A stretch of DNA of 64,000 nt from the NCBI GenBank assembly GCA_048213135.1, contig PS015363.1, forward strand, positions 6,600 to 70,599. The letters run 5' to 3'. Under the pieces are notes generated by a model that saw only the letters and a list, made by a program, of their open reading frames with translations, did not search any database and was not told where the DNA came from. Numbering within the stretch: the stretch's first letter is position 1; each line of letters begins with the position of its first letter. Positions 23,201 through 37,339 of the stretch are shown piece after piece. The DNA comes from Reclinomonas americana ATCC 50394. Lineage: Eukaryota. Position numbers and translations under genes: made by a program.

Positions 23201-25036
23201 NNNNNNNNNNNNNNNNNNNNNNNNNNNNNNNNNNNNNNNNNNNNNNNNNNNNNNNNNNNNNNNNNNNNNNNNNNNNNNNNNNNNNNNNNNNNNNNNNNNN
23301 NNNNNNNNNNNNNNNNNNNNNNNNNNNNNNNNNNNNNNNNNNNNNNNNNNNNNNNNNNNNNNNNNNNNNNNNNNNNNNNNNNNNNNNNNNNNNNNNNNNN
23401 NNNNNNNNNNNNNNNNNNNNNNNNNNNNNNNNNNNNNNNNNNNNNNNNNNNNNNNNNNNNNNNNNNNNNNNNNNNNNNNNNNNNNNNNNNNNNNNNNNNN
23501 NNNNNNNNNNNNNNNNNNNNNNNNNNNNNNNNNNNNNNNNNNNNNNNNNNNNNNNNNNNNNNNNNNNNNNNNNNNNNNNNNNNNNNNNNNNNNNNNNNNN
23601 NNNNNNNNNNNNNNNNNNNNNNNNNNNNNNNNNNNNNNNNNNNNNNNNNNNNNNNNNNNNNNNNNNNNNNNNNNNNNNNNNNNNNNNNNNNNNNNNNNNN
23701 NNNNNNNNNNNNNNNNNNCGTGCATCCAAATAACCAGAGAAGAACCAAGACGAGGGCCCGACGCTTGGCGATCAGGTGGAGGCAGCGCACGGTGCCAAGG
23801 AGAAGATCAAGGTGTGTTGGTGGCTTTGCATTCTCTCTCTCCGCGCACTCTCTCACAGACGTGTGATCCATGCAGGCGACTCCGTCGGCAGCGAGTGTGG
23901 TGGCTGTGCTGACGCAGGCGCTGCACACGGACGACTCGGCACTGCTGGAGCAGTGTTTGGCAAACGACAACCAAAAGGTCATTTTCGAGACCATTCGACG
24001 CCTCTCTACTCGCCACATTGTGCCCTTCCTCATGCACCTGGTGTCTCGGTGCGTGCCATCGTAGTCTCTCTCTCTCTCTCTCTCTCTCTCTTTGTCGTTG
24101 CTCATGTACCGTGCAGCCTGAACCGCAAGCCATCACGTGCCGCACGCCTGCTGCCCTGGGTCAAGACCGTGTTCCAGTTGCACACGTCGTACCTCATGAC
24201 CGTACCCGATCTGGTCAAGTCACTTGGCACTCTCTACCAGTTGGTGGACAGTCGTCTCTCGGCGCACCAGAGGTTTGCACGCCTCTCGGGTCGACTGGAC
24301 CTGCTCATGACACAGGTGAGCACGCAGAAGAGTGAGAGTGTTTGCTCGAATGAGAGTGTGTTTCTCACTTGTTGTGTGTCCTGAACAGATCTCCGAGCGC
24401 ACCAAGGAGCAGGCATCGGCGCTGGTCGGTGCCAAGAAGCGCAACATTCCGCGAGTGGTACACGTAGAGGGTGAGTCGGACGATGATGACGACGAGGAGG
24501 AGCTTGCCGGCCGGAGTGCTCTGGCACGAATGATGGAGGACGACGCCAATGTCGACGACATGCTGAGGAAAATGGAGAAGAGGCTCGGCATCGACGACGA
24601 CGAAGATGCTGAGGACAGGGCCAGGGCGGCCCGGCGGCGCAGGTCCTCGTCGGGAATGCATGTCGGTGCGTACTTCTCCTCGTGTTCAGGCGCATGAAGA
24701 TGGTGCACCTGTGTCTGATTGCTTTGGTTTCCACCGCAAGCAGATGGTGACGACGATGACGAGGATGATGATGATGATGAAGAAGAGCTCGGCACGGCGG
24801 TGGACGACGAGGCGTCAACAGCATCCGAGGCCGAGAAGGAAACCACGGAGAAGAGCGCGGACGCCGAAGATGAGGACGACGATGAAGAAGAGGACGAGGA
24901 GGAGGAGACGGAGATTGTGTTCAGAGCAGCCAAGGCAAAACCGACGGCGCGGTTCCGCCGCGAAGTGGATGACGACGACGAGGAGAGCACCGACGATGAC
25001 GATGGTGACGACGACGATGATGATGATGACGAATGA
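20254..25036 (+). CDS. WDR43: WD40 repeat plus Utp12 domain SSU-processome subunit (WDR43/Utp5) with acidic tail
   Basis: MLSAFSPSVAHF+ATVSSDNRVRVY, LMAFGTESGRIF, GHTKSVTGLAF, FAGHPSSV; Utp12 domain SVVAVLTQALHTDDSALLEQCL...LLPWVKTVFQLHTSYLMTVPDL...LSGRLDLL; D/E-rich C-terminus. Three internal gaps close with zero bases. Confidence 0.88.
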
Positions 25037-25197
25037 GGCGCGCAATGAAATAGGTATTAATGTGACAACTGAGTTACACACACACTGCGGAGGTGGAAAA
25101 AGGAAAAACGGGGAGCGCGCTACATGCACAAACTGGCAACGAGGGGGGAAAGAAAGGATTGGGAGGAAAGCAATCGAAGGGAAAACCCGTTCGGCAA

Positions 25198-28100
25198 TCA
25201 TCTCTGCATGTGGCCAGTGGTACGTGGTCGCTGGTAATCGTCCTCCCGATGATGCTGCACATATGCACACGCACGGTGAGTGACAAGCCCCAGCCTCATT
25301 CCATGCAGTGGCACTGGCGCTCGACGTACCCCATTGAGATGGCCAAGCGCACTGCCGAGAATGGCCATACTCTTCGGAGCGCCTGTGCCACAACGAGTTG
25401 AGCAGAGTTGCAAATTGATCACTGATATGATAGACACAACACACCGTCGGCACTGTTGGGCAGGCGTGCAGCGCTGGCCGTGATCAGTGCGCGTATCTTG
25501 CGTTTGCGGCTCTTCAGCGGCACCTGTGTGACGAGGAACAGCTCGTCCAGCTCCTCTGGCACCATGTTTTGAATCTCGGCTGCGCGACGACAGTCAGTGG
25601 CGGCAGAACAAGCAGCCGAATAGTTTGAATGCAATACACACGCAACTGATGGTAGTCTCCTCCTCGTCCTCCAACCGCTGAATCGCCTCCGTGGTCTGCA
25701 TTCGGGAGACCTGCAACTCGGAGATGTTGCGTTCGTACTCGGCCGCCATGGAGTCGGCCTCCTGCACAGCGAGCATCACATGGTTCAGTGACAACGCCCG
25801 CACTCCTTTCATTTGTGCATGAGCAACACACCTTGTACGACTCGAGATCACCGACGGCAAGCGATTCGGCGCGGTCCTCCAGTGCACACCGCCGGCTCTC
25901 CTCCAGCGAGGAGATGCGAGCCGAGATGACGGCCAACTCGGATCGTGCGCGCTCAATGCGTCGACGCAGCTCGCGGATAGACTGTGCTCAACGGTGTTGG
26001 TTAACACATCCACTGAATCTCGAAACTGAGTGCGCGCGAACCTCCAGCTTGTGAATCGCAGTCTTGCGGTGCTCCACCGCCAACTTCCACTGTTCCAGAT
26101 CCTTCACGTGCTGCTCACGTGCATCAGTACACAACAAGACATAACGTGCCTGCGAGATGCACCAACTCACCCGTTGCATGTGCTCGCGCGTCTTCCAGAT
26201 GCTGCCCTGCACTCGGTTTACCTCGGCAGCCATCTGCAGACAAACCACACACTCAGTAATCACGACTGTGTGCGTGCATGCGAGTGTAACCCACGAACCG
26301 GCGTGTACAGCTGGTACAGCTGCATGGAGCGCGGGATGAGCACCTGCAGATCGTCGTCCGACACCTGATCGACCACGATCTTGGCACGGAACACCTCCTC
26401 CTCCTGCGTCGCACATGAGCACGCTGCTGCTGCTGTTTGTGTCTGCTTCTCAACATTGCACCGCTCCCACCTTCTCTTCCTCCCACATGGCCTCCCGGCT
26501 GAACAGCAGATCTGTGTACGCCTTTTCTTCCTCGCGCTCGGCCTCGCGAAGCGCATTCCGCGCCCTCTCCAACGCCACCACTTGCTGCTCAAACCAAATC
26601 ATGCTGGTAGTGAGCAACACATTCACCGCTCCACTGAGACGACGAGACGCGCCTTCTTCCACGACTGCTCGCTCCTGGAGACCTCCTCCCGCACACCATG
26701 CAGCTGCTGCCGCATTTGCTGCAGACGCTCGAGATTGACAGCGGCCTGGCGGTAGGCCTCTGGCTTGTGCTCGGGGTTGGAGTAGCCCGTCTCGCCCACG
26801 TCCAACAGCGACTGCGCACAACAACACGTGAGGGCGTGAACCAACCCCATCTCCCACCACAACTGCCACGCACCAGCAGTCGCATCTGTCGACGGTCCTT
26901 GTGCGAGGCAATAGCATCCAGTCGACGCAGGATGTCCGACAGCAATTCGCCAGCACGCGTGGCCAGCTTCACCTTCTCCTCGCTCCACTTCTTGATGTTG
27001 GACTCGACACCGCGCCGGCGCTCGCCAACCTGTTCGGCGCGCGACATCATGTCGGAGCTGGAGCTGCTCATGGTGTCCTTCAGAGTGAGTTCCAGCTCGC
27101 CCAGTTGCTGCAAGGCGGCCTGGATGTTCTGATCCACACGAGCCTTGCCGCGCTTCACCTCCTCGAGATCCTGCAGCAGTTGCTGCACGTCGTTCTCCTG
27201 CTCCTCGAGACTCTGCTCAAACTTGATTCGCTGCTTGTCGTCGTCAACAACCTGCGCCACGACGGCGGTGTCGAGCGGTGGCACCGGCTGCAGGCTCTCC
27301 ATGCCGCGACCGCCTGTCGTCACGTACCCAAACATTCTGCTGGTGAGAAAAAGAGAGTGGAGCAATACGAGCGGTAGTGGGTACGCGACTCCGTAGTGTC
27401 GACACAATGGCATCCTTTTCAAAGACACGTTTGCGCTGCAGCTCCGACTCCTGTGACGCTCGCAGACGCTCCATCAGCTCGATCTTGCGTGACTCCAGCT
27501 TTTGCATCTGTTGCAGGGTGGCGGAGATGTCGGTCTTGATGGACTGCATCTCGTCAGCTGCGGCCTTGGCCCGCTCCGCTTCCGCCTTGGCTTGCGCCTC
27601 GTCAATGACCGGTGGTGCGCGATACGACTTGGGGGAGCCGCGCGTACCGCCCGACACCATGGTCGGCGAGCCGGAGGAGAGCTGACGCTGCACACGGGGC
27701 GCCGGCGACATGCCAATGTCGTCCTGTTGCAAAATCACAAATGTGAGAAAAACAATGGTGACGTGCGACGGTTGTACAATCGAGTCCCACCTCGCGACGC
27801 GGTCGGTTGGGTGACGGTGGATCGTCTGCGCGGGGTGAGCCCATGGCGGACGGGAAGGCATGCGACTCTGTGGCGGAGGATAATGAGCGACGGATACACA
27901 ACTACCACAAGCAGCGAGACGTGGAACCGACCGAGAGCCTCCGGCGGCAGTTCGGAGGAGACCAACAGTGTGCGCAAACCAAACACTTCTTCGGTGCGCG
28001 GAGTGCTGCGCACAACGAGCACAGGTCAGCGACGGAAGAGAGACGCCCCTCGTCTCTCACTCCCATCACGCAACTCGACAGAGGGGCCGGTGACTTGCAG

Positions 28101-31100
28101 CACACGCAGAGTCGGGTGCTGTGCGAGTGCAGACTGCATCGCGTCGCAGGTAGCGGGCGAGAAGGAGCACTCGCGGGCGCTCAAGCGCAGCAGCGTGCGG
28201 TTGTGATTTTGCAGCGTCAACAGCAACAGTCGACCTACAGCAACAGCAGTCAGCACATCGGCTACCAGTTGACGATGATTCACACATACGCACCGCCCTC
28301 ATCTCCCAAGTCATTCTCATCAACCACCAGCGACTGCAGTGCGCCAGAAGCCTGGCAGGAGCAGCAGCAACAGATATCAGCAGTAACGCTCGGATACATA
28401 TGTGTGTGGGTGCAAATGCAAGTACCTTGACGTAGTCCACAATCGGCAACACCGAGTCCGCCGTGGCGCCGACAGCACGAATGGCCAGGTGTCGCAGTGT
28501 TCGCGAGTATGTCAGCGCCGGCACCAGGCGCGAGACGCCAGTGTCGCCCAGCGGGTTGTGGCTCAGTCGGATCTCGACCATGGAGTGATCGTGGCGCAGC
28601 ACATTGTTGACAAACGACGAAATGCCCTTTTCTGTAATGTTGTTATCCGACACGTCGATGCGCGACAGGTTGCCGTTGAGTTGCAGAACGTGTACCAAAA
28701 AGTCGAATCCCGTGTCGGAAATGAAGTTGGACTGCGTGTGGGGAAGAGTGAGCGCGCAACACGGGAGCTGATTAACATGAAGCGCCGCACCGCCACGTTG
28801 AGCGAGGTCAACGAGGTGTTCTCCCCACGGAGTGCGCGACACAGGTGCCCGAGTCCCTCGTCCGTGAGGTTGTTGTTGGCCAAATTGAGCGAGGTGATGC
28901 TGCGATTCGAGGCCAGCATGTATCCCGCATTCTGACCGCCATGCACACCCAACAAGTTGCCGTCGGCGTGCAACACGCGCAACGTGCTGCACATGCACGT
29001 GAGGAGATGGGTCGAGATGGAGTCGCAGCTCCCACGTACTCACGTTTGGAAACCGAGCACGTTGGTGAGCGTGGCCCAGTCCTGGTCGCTCAGATCCTGA
29101 TTGCCCACGTACAACTCTGTCGGTACCTCGTCCTGTTCGATCGTCGCGTGTAAGGAACGGATGTAAGGAAAACAAAGGGGTCACACGTACCTGGCCAATC
29201 GTATCCGTCTCGAGACTGCCGAGTTGCTTCAGTACGTCGACCAGCTTCTGATTCACAGGGGTGTGCGTGGCCTGGCAGCGGCTCTTGTACTGCGTCAGGA
29301 TCTCCAACACATGATCGCGCATGTCATCCTGCGGTGCATTGCTCAGCACCCAGCACAAAACAAGAAGTGTGGGTTGGTAACGCAACAAGGTCGCTGAAAA
29401 AGTCCTCTTCCTCTTGCAACGAGATCGGGTACGACTCGCGTTCCTGCTGACTGCTAATGTCGATCTTGCCCTGCGGATTGTTGCAGTGATCCAGAATCTC
29501 AGCGATTTGCTCCTCACCCTCCACCGTGGTGTAGTTTTGGTCAATGGCAATCAACTCGATCACCGCATTCAGGTGGAAGACTTCCGCCAGCGCCGTGGCA
29601 CCTGCACATCACGCACATCACACAAAGAAATCAGCTCTTGGCGCAGAGCGGGCGTGCATGCTCGAGAATACGCACCCTGGTCGCGGATAATGTTGCGCCC
29701 CATGTGCAGCTTGGTTAGGTGACGATGAGTGCTGCAGCGACTGCGAGCAGAAGTCGATGAGTGCTTGTTTGCAGACACCGACGACAACAGCAACGATGCG
29801 CAGGCACAACGTACCTGGCCAGCGCAATGGCACCGGCGTCGCCAATCTTGTTGTCGATGAGCGACAGCTCTGACAACTTCGGCATTTTCGGGATGAGGTC
29901 GGCCAGCGCCGAGGCGCCGCGCGAAGCCAGGCGATTGCCGTCCAACAGCAGGATCTCCACACCCAGCGGCAGCATCACGTCGATCAGCGCCTTGCGCAGG
30001 CTCTCGGCACCGCGGACGCCAATGCGGCAGCGCGAAGCGTTCAGGTAGCGAAGTTTCGGGAGGATCAACCCCAGCTTCCCACTAAGCTCAGCAGGCGTGA
30101 GCAGCGACGAGAGCAGCGGTACGACAGGGTGTGTGCGAGAAGGAAACAAGACGCAACGCATTGTCGTTGCGGAGGGGATTGCCGGCAATCGACACGTCCA
30201 CGAGCTCTGGGTGCTCCTGAATGGCATCGACAAGCTGACCCAAGCTGCGCGAGGTCATGCGATTGCCCGACACATCCAGTCGACGCAGAAACTGGTTCTT
30301 CTATACTCCACAGACATACAGAGGCCGGATTCAGAGGAGGCAAAGCGATCCCATGTGGACACGCATGAAAAATCGCAACTCGAATCGCCATTGCCAGCTT
30401 CTCCATGCCCTCATCGCCGACACCGCACTGCGACACAATCAGCGTCTCCAGCGTATCCGAGCTGACTAGCACCGATGCCTACACGCACGAGAGAAGCGTC
30501 AACGAAAAACACCAACAACAACGACGCGAGTGGTACCGATTTCACCACACGCAGCACCGCACATGGACGAACCAACAATCGCGCGCCCTCATCCAACACC
30601 GGGTTCTGCTGCAGCTCCAGCTCCACGAGAGTGCGACACATTTGCGCCACTGCCGGCGACACTGTGATGCTCGAGGAGATGAACGACGCACGTCGCACCG
30701 ATGTCGACTGCACAGCGGGAGAGAATGAGTGAGAAACAGCAGGTGAGAGAAATCGCCCGAATTATGATGTGACCTGATTGATGGCCTCGGCCAACAATGC
30801 CGCCGCATCGTCGCCGAGCGGCACGCCATTGGTCTTCACCAGCGAGATGCTGCTGGAGAAGGCCAGCGTGTATGCAATCGCCTCAATGTCTTCAAAGGTG
30901 TATCCCGCACTGCACACGCACACACGCACACACAAACCGAAATGAGAGAGCATGCGCGTGTGAGAGACAAAAGAGTCACGCAACGAGCCGGCCAGCTTGA
31001 GCGCCTTGCCCTGCTTGAACACGCGCAGCAGATCGCGCTTCGGCTCAATGTGCAGCTCCTATGCGCGTGTGTGAGAGAGACGCGCGCACATAGAGACAGC

Positions 31101-31175
31101 GCGGAAACGGAAGACCAACGCAACTGCACACTTGGCCTCGTACACACTGGCCGCAGAGGTCGCCGCCGACGCCAT
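25198..31175 (-). CDS. RNI-like leucine-rich repeat protein with long C-terminal coiled coil (possible SAM-like end); 3' end uncertain
   Basis: Repeats such as LSELSLIDNKIGDAGAIALA, ITSLNLANNNLTDEGLGHLC and LSHNPLGDTGV splice continuously into heptad-rich ELMERLRASQE...EQENDVQQLLQDLEEVK. ATG at 31175. Confidence 0.7.
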
Positions 31176-31226
31176 GTTGTGTGTGTGTGTGTGTGGTAAG
31201 AAAGCGAGCGCGATTGTCATTCGCGA

Positions 31227-32700
31227 ATGTCACAAGGCGAGGGCGCCACCCTCACCGGCGCCACTGGTGCAATGGGGAGCACTGGTGCTGCTGCTGCAGC
31301 AGCAGCTGCATCAGTGGCGGCGGCGGTGACAGCAACAGCACCGGCGACGACGATTGCTGCTGCAACAGGTGCAGCCGGAGTGGGCACTGCGGCGGCGGTT
31401 GTCGCGGCGGCGTCGAGTGAGAGTGGGGAGCGAGGCAAGGCGGCGAAGAAGTTTGTGCCAGAGGAGTACCTTGGTGAGTGCGACGAGTGAGTGAGCGTGT
31501 GTGCATTTTGTTGGTGCTCACAATGCGCTGGGCAGATCGACATGGTGTGAGCGCGTATTTGAAAGATGTCGTCACGCTGTTGCTGGAGGTGCGTGTATTG
31601 TCAACGATGATAACTATGGGCTGCGATGATGAGCGTGATGTGGCGCAGAATCGACCTGCTGATCCGCTGGCGTTTGTCGCCGACTAGTTGCATTTGCATG
31701 CTTCCTCTTCCTCTCCCTCTCTGTCACTAACAGCGCGCCCTCTTCTTGCAGCTTTCGTAATGTGGTGCATGGCACGAGCAGTGTCATGCGCTCGTATCGG
31801 TATGTGCGGCTGACGCGACGATCGTGTGCCGCCTTCATGGACAACTTGGTGGCGGCGTTTCGCACGCTCGACATGCGACGCACGCCTTCGTCGAGTGGTC
31901 TGTCCGTGTTGCTATCGTTGCCTTCGACTGTGCTCCGTGTCGCTCACTGGCATTGTGTGTGTGCGGCAGAGGAGGGCAGTGGTGCTGGCGATCGTGCAGG
32001 TGGCAGCGGCAGTGAATCGGAGAGTGCGCTGGGGTTGCGCAGTGGCGACATGTCGCGGCTCTTGCGGGCGCTGTGCTCCGACTTCCCCGAGCACGTTGTG
32101 CGACGCATACAGCGTGTGTTTGCAGCCAGCGATACGTCGGTGATCCCGTTCTCGCAGTTCAGCGCCGCCGTGCATGCGTGTCTGTTGTATCAAGGTACGA
32201 CGCCGCGTGTGGGGGGAGAGAGTGAGAGGGCGGGGATGGCACTCACTCGCTTCGCATGATAGAGTTTGTCGACACTGTGGAGGAGATCTTTCGCTCGTGT
32301 GGTGTCGACGACAAGGGCCGCGTGCAGGCCTCGGTGCTGGAGATCGAATTGCTGCAGTGTGCGGCCACCTGGCCTGAGGATTACGGGTACGCATGCGCTC
32401 ACCGTTCGTCTCTCTCCTTCTTTTGCTCACACCGCGCTGCCTAGGCGGTGTCCTACGCAAGAGGAGATTGTGCGGTGCGTGGAAAGCTGCACGCGCAGCT
32501 CCGGCAATGTGCGCTTTGAGGATTTTGCATGGGCCTTTTTCAACGCCTGCGGTCCACCTTCCGAGACCGAAACGGCGGCTGCCGCGAGGCGGATGGCGCG
32601 AAGACCGCCATCGGCCGGAGGCGGTGGTGGCGGTGGCAGTGGCAGTGGCAGTGGTAGTGGCAGTGCTGTCGATGTGACTCGACTGGGTCGCAACCGATGA
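31227..32700 (+). CDS. Tubulin polyglutamylase complex subunit 1 / CSTPP1 (C11orf49)-family protein with RIIa/Dpy30-like docking motif
   Basis: EEYL|DRHGVSAYLKDVVTLLLE|NRPADPLAFVADY|FRNVVHG...AFMDNLVAAF...LLRALCSDFP...FSQFSAAVHACLLYQ|EFV. Confidence 0.7.
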
Positions 32701-32739
32701 TGGCGAATGTGGCATGTACTTGTACAAACTTTATGAGGC

Positions 32740-34980
32740 TCAATCGTCGAGGAGACGCAAAAAGTCGGGGTCGCCGGCGTCCAAGTTGACCATCTCCTGC
32801 TCGTACGGTCGATGCGTGGCGGGGGGTTTCGCGCGTGGCCGGCCCATCACGAGCGATCGGCGAGCCACACACCAGACCACCAAGAACATGGGGACGACGA
32901 CGACCAGCATCACCACATTGAACACAAAGTAGGAGCCGTTGAAGGCGTGTGTCACTGCAAAGCGAGTCAGCTGGGCGTGGAGGCACAGTGCGTTATTTGC
33001 GTACACACACGCACCAGCGTAGAACATGGGGAATTGTGAAAAGGACACCACGGCACCGATCGTGTACAGGCAACCGATGATGCGACCCATGCTGCGCGCG
33101 TGTCAGTGCGTCGCAGTGGCCAAGGGGGACGCACTACCAATACGTACCTTCGTGCGCCAAACACGCGGACCACAAACACCGAGGCCACCGAGAACAGGAA
33201 CGCGCGAACACAGGTGAAGAGCAGGGCGGTGACCAGTTGCAGCTGGATGATGGGCACCTGCACGAGAACAACTGGTCAGATGGAGGGACAAGCGGTCAGT
33301 GACAGGGGAGAAGGGATGACGGAACCAGTGTGAAGCCACTGTACACCAGCGACAGCACGTTAATGATGGTCATGGAGACGGTGAAACCCCATCTGCGAAT
33401 CAACAAATGTGAGCCGGAGAAAGCACAAGGACACGAAAGTCGATACTGGCGTCACCTCTCGATGCAAAACGAGACCAGTGGTGTAAACAGGAAGCCCAGC
33501 ACGATGACGGTGCCGCCCAGTGTCTCGTACAACTCCACCGTGGCCTTGTCCGACGACAGCGATTCCATGAACGGACCAAACATGCCGAGGCTGCCGTCGT
33601 CGAGTGAGCAACGGGAATATCGGGAATAAACTGTGCAATGCAATGCACGACGCAACAAGGCCACGTTGCGCAGCACGTGCACACTAAAGAAGACGAGAAT
33701 GCCGAAAAACTCGATCGAGCACAATTGCTGCACAAAGGGCGCCCGAGTCAAGTCACGGTGACCATTGGCATACATGCGCTGCGCCGACGCGCGCGAAGGA
33801 TGTGTAAGCAACAGCGCGCGAGAGACAGCACAAAGAAAGGCAGGCGAAGCTCACCGAGGGACTGCCAGACAACTCGGCGGCGTCGTCGGTCACCACCGAC
33901 GCGTCCTTCATGTTTTGCTGCAGACCGCGTCGGTTGAGCAGCCAGAGTGTGAAGAGCACCGTGTGTGTGACGATGGTGATGGCTCCAAAGCCGATGAACA
34001 GCTGCCTCAGCGAGAAGCTGCGTGCACCGCGAATGAGCAAACGCGCGTGGAAACGACAAGAACAAAGAGAGAGAGAGGGAGTCGACGCACGAGTAGGCGT
34101 CTTGTAGCAAGCGGAAGATCAAAAAGACAACGTAGCTGTCGACAGAGAGCGACGGTGAGCAAGCAAAACGTATATGCATGCCGGGAGAGACAATGGGAGC
34201 ACGCACGAGGCATCAAAGAGGCCATTGGAGGCCGACAAGATCAAGGTCTCATATCGCGGCAGCAGGTAGGCGACACGGAAGCCGCAGACAAACACCAACG
34301 TGCTGGCAAACCCAATGAGGCAGTAGCCGACCTCGACAGCGACAAGGAAGCCGAAGAGGTAGTAGCCAGCGAGACCGCAAAGCAGGGCGACCAGTGTGAC
34401 AAGTGCCGGACCAAAGCTGCGACTCGTGCGTCAGTCACAGAGACAGAGAGAGGCACAAGGGAAGAGCGGGTCGTTGCACACCAGTCAAGCAGCAGGCCGA
34501 CGACAATGCCCGATGCTGTTTGTGTGAGTGTCGCCAACGAGTAGACCAAGTTGAGGCGATCCTGGGGGGAACGGAAGCACACGGTCACTGTCCATCCACA
34601 GACGAGAGTGCAACTCACTCTCTCTGATACACACACACCTCCTGCGGCGCACACATGCCCTCGGGTGTGNNNNNNNNNNNNNNNNNNNNNNNNNNNNNNN
34701 NNNNCCCTCGCCACACAGATCGGCAAACACTTTCTCTTGCTGCAGAATGTACAACATGGGCGCCCACCCAAAGACTGCAGCCAGCACAACGAGTGAGAGT
34801 GTGTGTGTGTGTGAGTGCATGCATGCAAGCAGTCAACGCACTGACTCCGGAGAACAGCAGGCTGCACAGCAACACCATCAACGCGAGATAGCCACGTCGA
34901 GTGGCAAACCACGTGCCACAGTGACCGCGCTGCTTCTCGGCCGCCTCCTCCTCTAGTCGTCTATGCTGCGCGTCGCTCAT
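32740..34980 (-). CDS. MFS transporter, SLC43/LAT3/FMP42-like
   Basis: LLFSG|VFGWAPMLYILQQEKVFADLC...DRLNLVYSLA...IVVGLLLD, and C-terminal FVVRVFGAR..MGRIIG...FSQFPMF. Many hydrophobic segments. Confidence 0.75.
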
Positions 34981-35046
34981 TGCGGAGTTCAACAACGAAG
35001 AAGTTGTCCCACACACTGCTCTTGTTTCGTTGTGTGCTTTTGTTTA

Positions 35047-37078
35047 CTACTTTGCAGGTTCTGCTGGTGCTGCGCTGTTGCCGCTGGCACTCCCGTTCCC
35101 GTTCGGGTTGATCATGCGCATAATCCGCGAGTAGATGGCGACGGAGGGCCGGAAAATCGGCAACGTCGGCACCAGTGCGTTGCGAATCGGTCGTGGTTCC
35201 ACGCCAATGGTCAGCACCNNNNNNNNNNNNNNNNNNNNNNNNNNNNNNNNNNNNNNNNNNNNNNNNNNNNNNNNNNNNNNNNNNNNNNNNNNNNNNNNNN
35301 NNNNNNNNNNNNNNNNNNNNNNNNNNNNNNNNNNNNNNNNNNNNNNNNNNNNNNNNNNNNNNNNNNNNNNNNNNNNNNNNNNNNNNNNNNNNNNNNNNNN
35401 NNNNNNNNNNNNNNNNNNNNNNNNNNNNNNNNNNNNNNNNNNNNNNNNNNNNNNNNNNNNNNNNNNNNNNNNNNNNNNNNNNNNNNNNNNNNNNNNNNNN
35501 NNNNNNNNNNNNNNNNNNNNNNNNNNNNNNNNNNNNNNNNNNNNNNNNNNNNNNNNNNNNNNNNNNNNNNNNNNNNNNNNNNNNNNNNNNNNNNNNNNNN
35601 NNNNNNNNNNNNNNNNNNNNNNNNNNNNNNNNNNNNNNNNNNNNNNNNNNNNNNNNNNNNNNNNNNNNNNNNNNNNNNNNNNNNNNNNNNNNNNNNNNNN
35701 NNNNNNNNNNNNNNNNNNNNNNNNNNNNNNNNNNNNNNNNNNNNNNNNNNNNNNNNNNNNNNNNNNNNNNNNNNNNNNNNNNNNNNNNNNNNNNNNNNNN
35801 NNNNNNNNNNNNNNNNNNNNNNNNNNNNGAGTACTGTGCAGTGTGGTAGTGAGCCACACGACAAGAGGCCACTGAAGGTGTGCACGAACGGGACGAAACT
35901 GGGGGGAAGAGGAAGGCGTAGACGCCGCTGCCGACAAAGAAGGGGAAAAAGTACGAGGCCAACGTGAAGGGCATGCCAAAGCCCAAAAAGTACGCCCAGT
36001 TCTCCTCAAAGACGCGTACGCGGCGGCGCAGTGGCCACCCCTGCGTATCCCACTTGCAATCAAAAGCGTAGAAACTGTACAGGAAGCAGGTCATGGGGAA
36101 GGCCAGCAGCCAGCCGACCACCGGCACCAACGAGGCGACAAATAGCTGTGCCACACGAGTTTCTTGTCGTCAGACGACGAGGTGGGTGGAAAGGAGGCAG
36201 GTGACGGCGGACGCACTTGCAGAATGAAGAGGAACACAATGGCCAGGTTGCTGAGCTTCTCCGCAATGCGCTGGCCAAACGGAATGGTACACGTGACCTT
36301 TTCTCCCGTGATCCGATTGTGCGCCAACGAGAAGAACTCGCCGTACCTGTGCGAGTCGGTGAGCAGGGGAGAGAGAGAGAGAGAAGAGAGAAGAGAGAAG
36401 TGCGACGGCGCACCAGATCATGTTGAAGATGGTGCTGAGGCCGTAAATGGGGAACAGCCACAGGAGCTGTATGCAGCGAAATATGAGAGTCCACGTCGAC
36501 AGCAGCAGAGACAACTCTCTCGACTGCCACGCAACATAGTATGCCGGGTACAGCAGCCAGTCAAAGTAGGACGACTGTGGCGCGGTGTCAGCGATGATGT
36601 GAGAGAGAGAGAGTGAGGAGAGAGAGAGAGGAGGGAGGAGGGAGAGACTCGCCTGCAAGGCGGGAAACGCCGCCTGCAAGAGCGGCACCAGAATGTACTC
36701 CAACACGACGACACTCCCGATAAAGATGCACAGGTTGAGCATCAGTGACCTGGACGGGAGGGAAGGAACGGGTTACACACACACACACAACGAGAGAGAG
36801 AACAGACACTCTCTCACTCGCACTCGCGCGCGCGCGCGCAACTTTGAATAGATGCGCCACAACGACGCACTTCGCAGCAGCAAGCGCATCGGTGCTCGCC
36901 ACCGACACGCGTGCATGAGGCCACGATAGAACTCTGACACAGTGTCAGAGCCTCCACTGACAGCAGCTGCTCGTGAAGAAGAAGAAGAAGATGACGATGA
37001 TGATCCAACTCCCCCAGAAGACGGCGACGAAGGCTCGCCAGCAGCACTGGCACCCTCTCGTGCCTGTGACGATGCCAT
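35047..37078 (-). CDS. EI24: Etoposide-induced protein 2.4 family (autophagy-associated membrane protein)
   Basis: LNLCIFIGSV, LWLFPIYGLSTIFNMIW, VPVVGWLL...LYSFYAFDCKW...RVRVFEENWAYFLGFGMP...GVYAFLFP. Confidence 0.85.
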
Positions 37079-37339
37079 GCTCACGCACTTACACAACTCT
37101 CTCTCAGTGAGTAGAGAGTGATCACGTGAACCGCCCGATCAACCAACTGTTGTTGTTGCACAGGAGCGAGCGCCAGTTGCGTCCTCTTCTGTCTGTGCAC
37201 ACTGCGTCACACACACACGCACACAGTCGCCTCTGCGTGCGCGCGCGTGTGTGCGTGTGTGTGCTGCTTGCGCGTCATGACTGACACACACACTCGCGCA
37301 GAGAGAGAGAGAGACGCACTCGTATCACACAGCATCGAG

